28,629 nucleotides of DNA, from the IMG/VR virus record IMGVR_UViG_3300031565_000011, one strand, 5' to 3'. This document shows, piece by piece, positions 16,539 through 23,714 of the stretch. The first letter of the stretch is position 1. The number at the start of each line of letters is the position of its first letter. A program made the position numbers and the translations under genes. A model generated the notes under the pieces. It did not search any database and had not been told where the DNA came from. It saw only the letters and a program-made list of their open reading frames with translations. This DNA is from an uncultured virus (IMG/VR IMGVR_UViG_3300031565_000011). Lineage: Duplodnaviria; Heunggongvirae; Uroviricota; Caudoviricetes.

Positions 16539-16610
16539 GCGGCCGGCTAATCCGCTCGCCATTCGTCCGCTCTCATAGCAAACTCAACGGCTTCGGTGGA
16601 CGCCGGCCGC
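16539..16610 (-). ncRNA. Putative 72-nt rod-like structured RNA
   Basis: Perfect 9-bp GCGGCCGGC/GCCGGCCGC closing stem; inner GCCGTT/AATGGC and GTTTGCT/AGCGGAC stems with G-U pairs; intergenic; no U-tract. Confidence 0.5.
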
Positions 16611-16618
16611 CCCTTTAG

Positions 16619-17248
16619 TTATATTAATCCGTAATTTCTTATCTTCTTTTTATTTGATTCCGGGAACGATCCCATTTTACCAGAATGGTTCTTCCACCAC
16701 TTCTTATTATGCTGCCTCGCCGACCATGGACAGTTCTGTTGATTGCAAGGCATATTAAATGGAGCTTCCTTTACGCCCTTATGTCCACAAATAGGTAACC
16801 CGGTCTTATCAGGAGATAGTTCATACTTACATTTTATATGTTCTTGTTTATCCTTATCTTTCTTTTCAACAGTCCTTTTTAAATCCATCTCTACAAACAT
16901 TTTTCTTTCATATTGAGAAACCGTTTCGCCCCGATCAAGTGCTTCTCTTCGATCTAATGAAAGAGCCCAATACCTGCTTGATTTCGCTCCCTTGCTGGAG
17001 ATGTCTTGAGCGGGCTTCTTGCAAAGTTCTTTCCAGTCTTTATTTCTATTTATTCTCTTTCTTCCAAAAGCAAGAAATAACCTAAACCGGCATTTGTTAC
17101 ATGCCAGCCAGTGATATCTATAACCATCCCCTACAAATTCAATTCGCCAAATAACCTTTCCTTGTCCACCATATCCACAGAACTGACATTTATTATGGTC
17201 ATGTTTAATAAGTATTTGTTTAAAGAATATAATTGCTGGTGAAGCCAT
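16619..17248 (-). CDS. Basic Cys-rich hypothetical protein
   Basis: 209 aa; CQFC...CNKC and further Cys; AAGGAG RBS. Confidence 0.6.
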   Translation of the reverse strand: MASPAIIFFKQILIKHDHNKCQFCGYGGQGKVIWRIEFVGDGYRYHWLACNKCRFRLFLAFGRKRINRNKDWKELCKKPAQDISSKGAKSSRYWALSLDRREALDRGETVSQYERKMFVEMDLKRTVEKKDKDKQEHIKCKYELSPDKTGLPICGHKGVKEAPFNMPCNQQNCPWSARQHNKKWWKNHSGKMGSFPESNKKKIRNYGLI

Positions 17249-17434
17249 TTACTTCTCCTTATTCTTCCTTACTAACTTGGTCAGTGTTTCAAATCGAAGC
17301 CGATCACCTCGCTTATCGCCGACCAAGTCAAAAAAAGAAACAAGGAATTTATCAACCTTGCTTCCTTCGATATATCTTACAGCCTGACGTTTGCTCGCTC
17401 CACCGCCAGGAACCCCAGCTAAATATATTTTTAT
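17249..17434 (-). CDS. MKIYLAG-family small protein with ATA start (61 aa)
   Basis: Not in the ORF track. (I)KIYLAGVPGGG...KFLVSFFDL aligns with 7567-7782; GAGG just upstream; TAA abuts the ATG of the next gene. Confidence 0.6.
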   Translation of the reverse strand: MKIYLAGVPGGGASKRQAVRYIEGSKVDKFLVSFFDLVGDKRGDRLRFETLTKLVRKNKEK

Positions 17435-17452
17435 ACTTCCTCATATACTGAA

Positions 17453-17537
17453 CCAGGACCGCCGGAGCCATTCGGAGCCGAGCGAAGGTCCCGAGATGGG
17501 AAGGCGTGACTTTTGGTCAAGCCGCCGACGATCCTGG
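17453..17537 (-). ncRNA. Putative 85-nt four-way-junction RNA
   Basis: 13-bp CCAGGATCGTCGG/CCGGCGGTCCTGG stem (two G-U) enclosing three small hairpins; intergenic. Confidence 0.5.
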
Positions 17538-17538
17538 A

Positions 17539-17892
17539 TTACCGCGAAGTTGGCAACCATTTTCCGGCTTCACTTATCTCCGGAGTACCATGGTGTTTCT
17601 TTGCCAACTCATCAACATCGTATATCTTTTCCCCTTTAATAGTTATCCGAATAGTATTTTCTATCGGAGCCCTAACACATGATATTTTTTCGTCGAGTTC
17701 AATAAGAAAATTAGCCCATTCATTGCAGGTAGGAAAAACAAATGTCTTTGAATGGGGTACTCTAAGATTCATGGAAACCTTCTTTCTATATGAGCCGTCG
17801 GGCATTCCTTTTCTGATCTTGTTTATATTTCGCTGGATCAAATGCCGGTAAATTATGCTTCCAAATAGAATACCTATAACGATCCCAGTCAA
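17539..17892 (-). CDS. Hypothetical protein (true start probably ATG 17805 or 17772)
   Basis: The maximal ORF overlaps the upstream gene by >100 nt, so an internal start is likely. Confidence 0.45.
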   Translation of the reverse strand: MTGIVIGILFGSIIYRHLIQRNINKIRKGMPDGSYRKKVSMNLRVPHSKTFVFPTCNEWANFLIELDEKISCVRAPIENTIRITIKGEKIYDVDELAKKHHGTPEISEAGKWLPTSR

Positions 17893-18259
17893 GAAAGACC
17901 AAAATATCAGGACGATACTTCCGAATTGTCATACCTAAAAGTATCGTGTGACACATAATAGTTTGATAGCCCTTTAGTCGCTGTTGCTCAAGATTGCACC
18001 AACAGCAGAAGGCCAAATCAACCTTTGGAGAAAGAGTCGCCAACCAACTTCGCACTGCCTCCTTTCTCTCCAAGAGCGCTGCTCTATATATCTTACGATA
18101 GTCGCTGGAACTCTTAAAGCCGGTTAACTTCTCCCCGAATCTATCAACCGGGGCCAAAAGTTTCAGAACAGGTAGTCGATATCCTTTAGGTTGCCACCTG
18201 GCCACTGATATACCAGTAAACCCCGCTGGCTTTTTCTTAAATGACGTCATCAGAATCAA
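17786..18259 (-). CDS. DUF488-like protein
   Basis: TSF...ISVARWQP...LAP...Y...LAFCCW...CH pattern; TTG start with AAGGA RBS. Confidence 0.6.
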   Translation of the reverse strand: MILMTSFKKKPAGFTGISVARWQPKGYRLPVLKLLAPVDRFGEKLTGFKSSSDYRKIYRAALLERKEAVRSWLATLSPKVDLAFCCWCNLEQQRLKGYQTIMCHTILLGMTIRKYRPDILVFLDWDRYRYSIWKHNLPAFDPAKYKQDQKRNARRLI

Positions 18260-18327
18260 TTCGTCGTCCTTAAGTTTCTACTGCCAATCACCTTTCATGG
18301 GTTTCCTTAGTTTAATATTTATATATA

Positions 18328-18756
18328 TTAGACCCCTATTACGCTAGTCAGTGATCCGTATAGTATTTCCTTAACCCGTTTTACTTCAGCCTGGTGGAAA
18401 GAAAGTTTATCTGAGCCCTTCTTCCCTTGATTGATTACGGTAATGCGGCGACTGCATTTTCGTAAGTATCTTTTATATCTTTTGAACTCCAGGTCGGTAA
18501 ACTCCGATCTAACCTGAAGCGATTTAGCCTTCAAGATCGCGGACAGCCTACTTTTGGCCGTAGCAAGCTCGATTTGTTTTTGTACCTCGAATCTCGCCAG
18601 AGTTTGCTCGTCAGCGGGGACAACTTCCTTTTTCCGGCGAAGGTGATTGTTCCAGAATTTCCGCAAGCGTCTCAAGCCCCACCGATTAGCCCTGAGCGTT
18701 GCCCTCCGGCGTCCGGTCTGTTGATCCTGCTTGCGTTCTTGCCTTGAACGAGCCAT
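18328..18756 (-). CDS. Highly basic hypothetical protein
   Basis: Start at ATG 18756 behind GGAGGG; Arg/Lys-rich. Confidence 0.6.
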   Translation of the reverse strand: MARSRQERKQDQQTGRRRATLRANRWGLRRLRKFWNNHLRRKKEVVPADEQTLARFEVQKQIELATAKSRLSAILKAKSLQVRSEFTDLEFKRYKRYLRKCSRRITVINQGKKGSDKLSFHQAEVKRVKEILYGSLTSVIGV

Positions 18757-18781
18757 TGAATAACCCTCCAATATATTTTGA

Positions 18782-19024
18782 CTACAACTGTGGAAGCACC
18801 ACTCTCGGTTGCTTCACATCAATAACCGCGACTTCATCCAGGTTAACAAATGCCATTTCACGGTCAGCCAATTGCTTTATTACTTCAGGATCAGCAAGCA
18901 TCTTCCGCATCGCCTTGGTGTCCTCGCAGAAAAGAAAATCTGAGAGGTCGCCATTTAATGCTAACCCAGTTTTAAAATGGACTGTGCACTCGCCCTTGAT
19001 AATATATTCTTTATTCTTACCCAT
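18782..19024 (-). CDS. Hypothetical protein
   Basis: 80 aa ORF immediately after terL. Confidence 0.6.
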   Translation of the reverse strand: MGKNKEYIIKGECTVHFKTGLALNGDLSDFLFCEDTKAMRKMLADPEVIKQLADREMAFVNLDEVAVIDVKQPRVVLPQL

Positions 19025-19033
19025 GACATGCCC

Positions 19034-20722
19034 CTAAAAAATATCAACCTTACTCTCTGCCCCATCGTCTATCGACATCTCCTTAAGTACGTCCTCCGCT
19101 GCTTCTTTCCGCAATGCCTTTCCAAAGAAATGCATAAAATCAAATCGAAGCCCAGCACACATCAGTGAGTCGCAACCGTGATCTTCTTTCTTAATAGGTT
19201 TCCCGGTTTCATCTTTTTTATAGTTAATCAACTGCCGCCATAGGATTCTATTGGGTCGAGTATTAAGTATCTTAAGCCGATGACTATCGAAATACCGACC
19301 AAGATTTTGGATACCAACTTCTTTATATTTATTAAATGCAATCTTCTCAACCTGAAATCCAGACTTCTGAAGATACATTCCGCCGTACGCCTGTTCAGCA
19401 TCAGCGTATACTACAAAGTTCCCGAAACGAGTGCGAATATTCTGAAGAGCCTGGACTATATAATCAAGGTCAGTTCCAGTCGAGAAATCTGACCAAGGAA
19501 TAAGCAAACCATTTGGGGATAGAATCCCGAGGACTATCGCGCATTGTTTTGAAACGCCCCAGTCAAGGCCAACAACACGCTCGGCAATCTTCGGAACAAT
19601 AATCCTATCAACCAAGGATTTCCGAACTGCCTTGGTCCGATAAACCCGTCCGGCAGTTTCGGGGCGACAACATTCAAACTCGACCTTCCAGTTGTGCCCC
19701 CTAATCATTGCTTTAGTTTTTATCTTAAACACCTGGTTGAATGTCAACCAACCCTTTGCCTTCTTAGCCCTGCCGTTACAACCAAAGTATTTTGTTTTGA
19801 TTATATTACCTTCAGCATCACGCTTCAAAACCTTTCGGGTTAACTTACATTCATGACAATCTATTTTCAACCTACATAGCCGCATGCAGTCGTAGATATT
19901 CCACCGGTAGCGTTTGAACTCAAGCGCCTCGGCATTCTCCCAAGTCGCAGCAAATATACCAGTAGGTAAATGAAAAGTCGACGAATATATAATAAGGAAC
20001 TCATCCTGCGTCAGAACAGAGTTCGTTGCTTGCATTACATTTTCATCTTTATACCTTTCCTTCTGACAAGCTTCGTCGGCAATGAATCCTTCCGGGTGTT
20101 TACCTCTAGCCTGATTCTGTGAATTGGCAATACACTTTAGACTCACACCATTTTTCAATTTAGTTCGAGTCATAAGCGGTTCGCCATCTAGCAACCGCTC
20201 TTTCAATATCGGAAGACAATGCCAGAACCCAGTGACGTATTCGTATACCTCCATTGCCTGCTCCTGTGAGCCGGCAAGATCTGAGAAAGATTTGTTACGC
20301 CATATCATACAAAGGAAAATAACGATTGAGTCGATGAGCGACTTACCACCACCCCGATTCGCCCACACAATGGCTGCTTGAATTTCTCGTCCAGTCGTTG
20401 GGTCTTTTCTGGCATAAAATAAATCAGCAATAAGTTTAAGATGTTTACGTATAAGAACAATCGACTGTTTCTCCCCTCGTTTGATAAAGTATAAATATGT
20501 CTCAACAAAATCTTTTACCAAATTTTCTTGCCGGCGGAAGAAATGTTTAACCGTCTCCCCTTTCCTCCGCTCTAACTGGAAGTCGTATATCTCCTCGTAC
20601 GGGTTGAAGTACCTCTCCTTCTGTAATGCGTTCCACTCCTCCGCTACTGCCTGAAATACCGAACTCGGAGAGTTCGCGGAAGATTCTATGCTTAGTTTTT
20701 TCATCGCGTACGTTACGGTCAA
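19034..20722 (-). CDS. terL: Terminase large subunit (start uncertain, ATG 20704 possible)
   Basis: Walker A ANRGGGKS, AGSQEQA, RGK, Walker B FIADEA, motif III SST, RNase-H nuclease VVGLDWG and DHGCDSL. Confidence 0.9.
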   Translation of the reverse strand: MTVTYAMKKLSIESSANSPSSVFQAVAEEWNALQKERYFNPYEEIYDFQLERRKGETVKHFFRRQENLVKDFVETYLYFIKRGEKQSIVLIRKHLKLIADLFYARKDPTTGREIQAAIVWANRGGGKSLIDSIVIFLCMIWRNKSFSDLAGSQEQAMEVYEYVTGFWHCLPILKERLLDGEPLMTRTKLKNGVSLKCIANSQNQARGKHPEGFIADEACQKERYKDENVMQATNSVLTQDEFLIIYSSTFHLPTGIFAATWENAEALEFKRYRWNIYDCMRLCRLKIDCHECKLTRKVLKRDAEGNIIKTKYFGCNGRAKKAKGWLTFNQVFKIKTKAMIRGHNWKVEFECCRPETAGRVYRTKAVRKSLVDRIIVPKIAERVVGLDWGVSKQCAIVLGILSPNGLLIPWSDFSTGTDLDYIVQALQNIRTRFGNFVVYADAEQAYGGMYLQKSGFQVEKIAFNKYKEVGIQNLGRYFDSHRLKILNTRPNRILWRQLINYKKDETGKPIKKEDHGCDSLMCAGLRFDFMHFFGKALRKEAAEDVLKEMSIDDGAESKVDIF

Positions 20723-21188
20723 TTATGCCAACAATGATGGTTACTGACTGCTGAAACATTGAAATGGAAATAGTATACTTTATACCGTGCTCGATCTTCT
20801 CGAGCCTCTCAATGTCCTTCCCGATAGCATCCAGGATAACCACTGCATTATTTATCGTTGCTACATTCAGAGATTTGCTTCCTGTTTTCTTTGCTTTCCT
20901 GGCAGCCTTTGAAATAAGCTCATCCAGGAGCGCCCTCTTGGTAGCAATATTTTCTCGCAAATCAGTAAGAGTATCCGACTCTTTATATCGCCTTATCTTC
21001 TCCTTTAATTTCTCTTTCAACTTCTTGGCAAATAAGCCAGTTTTTGCAGGCCGTCCTCCCGGTCTATTCCTGGAGCCCGCTCCATGCTTCGGACAAACGT
21101 CATATCCATCGCGAGCCCAGCGCTTGCACTGGGAGCCATCTTTCTTTATTCTTTTGCACTGCTTCTTTCTGGTTACTTTCTTTGCCAT
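20547..21188 (-). CDS. terS: Terminase small subunit (HGGxSTG-like Zn-binding N-terminus)
   Basis: C...KKDGSQC...CPKHGAG...TGLFAK followed by helical coiled coil; directly upstream of terL. Confidence 0.75.
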   Translation of the reverse strand: MAKKVTRKKQCKRIKKDGSQCKRWARDGYDVCPKHGAGSRNRPGGRPAKTGLFAKKLKEKLKEKIRRYKESDTLTDLRENIATKRALLDELISKAARKAKKTGSKSLNVATINNAVVILDAIGKDIERLEKIEHGIKYTISISMFQQSVTIIVGIIDRNVRDEKTKHRIFRELSEFGISGSSGGVERITEGEVLQPVRGDIRLPVRAEERGDG

Positions 21189-21311
21189 GGTTTGATTCCC
21201 CTATCTATATATACTAAAAAAGACTAAAATATTTTATAAAGATCGGAGTCTGCCGGAACTTTCCGAAAGTTCAGGTAGAGAAGACGTGAATCCCCTTAGG
21301 TTTAGGGAGTC

Positions 21312-21320
21312 TGTTATAAT
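21312..21320 (+). promoter_or_regulatory. Perfect extended -10 element TGTTATAAT (plus strand)
   Basis: TGnTATAAT consensus in the intergenic gap between terS and the replication block. Confidence 0.3.
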
Positions 21321-21339
21321 GGCCTTTTTTTTTAGTTTA

Positions 21340-21726
21340 TCAAACAAGTAATTCTGAAATAACTACGTCTACTGTTTCCATACGAAAACCATACATTTGA
21401 GCATCCATACCTCTCTTTAGAATGGCACGAGATAACGACAAGTCAATTGCCTCTCCCTTCTCATTTAACCTTATAATAGTAAGCTTTTGATTCCCCGCAA
21501 AGTTCCATAAAACTCTACTATCATGGTTGCTTCTTTGGTCAGCCACTTCCTTACCAAAACCCCTAAAGATTCGCAGTGAATTCCGACCTGTTGAGCGAAT
21601 AATTGAAACGCCTACCTCAATGGTCCCTACAATAAGAGTGAACGTATTCCACCATTTGTCATCCGAAAAGGCATCAAACCGAAGCAATCCATGTTGTATG
21701 TCCTCGAATATTTCTTGCTGCTTCAT
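21340..21726 (-). CDS. Hypothetical protein
   Basis: 128 aa, AAGGAGAGG RBS. Confidence 0.65.
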   Translation of the reverse strand: MKQQEIFEDIQHGLLRFDAFSDDKWWNTFTLIVGTIEVGVSIIRSTGRNSLRIFRGFGKEVADQRSNHDSRVLWNFAGNQKLTIIRLNEKGEAIDLSLSRAILKRGMDAQMYGFRMETVDVVISELLV

Positions 21727-21738
21727 GGAACCTCTCCT

Positions 21739-22656
21739 TTATTCATAAACCAGGGTCAGCTGTTCAGCAATAGCATTGAAGTTCCTATGTCGAAGTTCGA
21801 GTCGATGAAACTCCTTTTTTAATTTCATCCAGTCGATGGTCCGGCACCCCCTGAAAGACTTCATTGTAGAAAGAAACATGCGGCGTTGCTTCTTCGGCAG
21901 TTCTTCTGGTACACGTAATATCTTAACCAAGTTATAAGCCAACTCGACTTGTTTTATATGTTTACGAACTAAAATAACTTTTTTATTTATAGTTCGTCTA
22001 GTCATTATCTGTTCAATGGTTCGGAAACTCTTAACTATTTCTATTGCCCCTTTTTCTCCTATTCCTGGAATACCAGGTATATTATCTCCCTTGTCTCCCA
22101 TTATAGATTTTATTTTTACTAAATCACTTGGTTTAAGTCCGCTGTACATATCAGCAAATTCTTTTCGTCCTACTAATTGTTTTGTATTCGGGCGATATAT
22201 TTTTACACCAGGACGTATAAGTTGAAGCAAGTCACGATCGGCGGAACAAATAATAGTTCGGTGCCCCTTATCAGCATAACCAAATGCAACCAATGCCATA
22301 ACATCATCGCCTTCAATCCCTGGAAGGATTGCTTGACGGACATTCAAGGCCTCAAAAAAACGTCGTGCGTCGGCTATCTGTTCAAAAAGAGATTGATTCT
22401 TTTCCCGACTTTCCTTTCGGTTGGCCTTATATTCTGGAAACAATTTTTTCCTAAATTGTGAACCATCAGGCGGGTCCCAACAAATCACCAAACGATTATA
22501 TCTAAACTCCTCATGTAACCCCTTTATCATCTGGAGCATGCCCGATATAACAGAGGTCTGTCTCCCACTCGAGGTTGATAGATTACGTGTCTTATAGGCC
22601 CGCCAAGCAAAAAAGTTTCCGTCAATTATAAATATCAGTTTAGGCTTCTTCTTCAT
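21739..22656 (-). CDS. 5'-3' exonuclease / flap endonuclease (Pol I N-terminal, T5 exo/T4 RNase H family)
   Basis: IIDGN, FRKKLFPEYKANR, EGDDV, SADRDLLQL, GDKGDNIPGIPGIGEKGA; start moved to ATG 22656. Confidence 0.93.
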   Translation of the reverse strand: MKKKPKLIFIIDGNFFAWRAYKTRNLSTSSGRQTSVISGMLQMIKGLHEEFRYNRLVICWDPPDGSQFRKKLFPEYKANRKESREKNQSLFEQIADARRFFEALNVRQAILPGIEGDDVMALVAFGYADKGHRTIICSADRDLLQLIRPGVKIYRPNTKQLVGRKEFADMYSGLKPSDLVKIKSIMGDKGDNIPGIPGIGEKGAIEIVKSFRTIEQIMTRRTINKKVILVRKHIKQVELAYNLVKILRVPEELPKKQRRMFLSTMKSFRGCRTIDWMKLKKEFHRLELRHRNFNAIAEQLTLVYE

Positions 22657-23191
22657 AGGAGTCTTCCTTGATAAAGGTAGGAACGCGCTCAACGAACCTT
22701 CTGATTTCGGATAGGTCGATGAATTTATCAACCGAATTCACCAGGTCAATAGAAGCCGTATCGAACTTCGACGAAACAGCAATGACCCTCTTCCCGTTAT
22801 TGCGCAGATAGTCGACGACTGGGCAAAAGTCCCCATCCCCAGTGCAAAGGACGGCTATGTCGTAATTCTTTCTTGTTAGAATCATGTCAAGTACCATCAT
22901 GATATCGGTATTCGATTTGATTGTGACAAGTTTACCGCCCTTATGGATTCGTTGTTGTTCCCTCTTCCTAACAGTAAAGCCATTGTTGATAAGGAAGATA
23001 GCGAACTTCTTTTTCCTATCATCGTCATCCCAGGAGGTATAGTAAAAACAATCATATACGTTACAGTCAGCGGTCAACAATTCCCTGAGTTTGGCGAAAT
23101 CGATATGCCAACCCAACTGCGCCAGCGATCCGTAAAGATTGTCTCCATCAATGAAGAGAGCGACTCTTTCCTTCTTTCCTTGTGTGAACAT
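22640..23191 (-). CDS. NYN domain protein (LabA/DUF88, PIN fold)
   Basis: ALFIDGDNL, K..TD..MVLDM, LCTGDGDFCPVV...GKRV, S..L...D.FIDL; start ATG 23191 behind GGAGGT. Confidence 0.9.
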   Translation of the reverse strand: MFTQGKKERVALFIDGDNLYGSLAQLGWHIDFAKLRELLTADCNVYDCFYYTSWDDDDRKKKFAIFLINNGFTVRKREQQRIHKGGKLVTIKSNTDIMMVLDMILTRKNYDIAVLCTGDGDFCPVVDYLRNNGKRVIAVSSKFDTASIDLVNSVDKFIDLSEIRRFVERVPTFIKEDSYEEEA

Positions 23192-23192
23192 T

Positions 23193-23714
23193 TTATACCT
23201 CCAGCATTTCTTGACGCCAGCTAGCGACGTCAATATGGCCTGCCTTTGCTATTGACATATATGCCACTCCGTAGGCATCCGCTACGTCGTTAAGTCGGCC
23301 CCTGGTTATTCTTTGAAACGAACAGCCGGAATTAGCAAGGACGACCTCGACCATTTGCTTCTTATCTGAGTTACCATTCCCGGTCACAAATTTCTTTATT
23401 GACTTCGGCGCGATTATGTTGACGGGTATTCCGGCTTCGTGAAAATACCTTTTTATAATTCCTCCCAACTCTCCCCTATCCATAGCCTTACCTGTCCTGG
23501 AAAAGAAAGCATAACCTTCCAACCCAACTCCTTGAATCTTCCAAGTAAGGCATATCCGTCTAACTACTGATTCAATAAATACAAGCCGTTCAATATCCCT
23601 AAGTTTTTTAGGTTGGATAACCCCATACCGAAATACTCGCGGGTTTCGGTCAATTACTTTGATGATGCACCAACCAGTACTTCTCAACGATAAATCAAGT
23701 CCGAGATATTTCAT
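23193..23714 (-). CDS. RuvC-like Holliday junction resolvase
   Basis: LGLDLSLRSTG, LEGYA, ELGG, PKSIKKFVTGNGNSDK, DVADA. Confidence 0.88.
   Translation of the reverse strand: MKYLGLDLSLRSTGWCIIKVIDRNPRVFRYGVIQPKKLRDIERLVFIESVVRRICLTWKIQGVGLEGYAFFSRTGKAMDRGELGGIIKRYFHEAGIPVNIIAPKSIKKFVTGNGNSDKKQMVEVVLANSGCSFQRITRGRLNDVADAYGVAYMSIAKAGHIDVASWRQEMLEV

Noticed and set aside
17355..17392. SRP 4.5S RNA-like words (GTCAGG...GAAGGAAGCA)
   Set aside because: Spacing and pairing of the SRP helix are not met, and the stretch lies in a coding frame.
18316..18323. T4-type late promoter TATAAATA
   Set aside because: The octamer also occurs in coding regions and on the plus strand (e.g. 1886, 15091, 20491), so it is not specific on its own.
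19034..20722. Intein or intron in terL
   Set aside because: Normal length, with no C/S...HN splice motifs or homing endonuclease signature.
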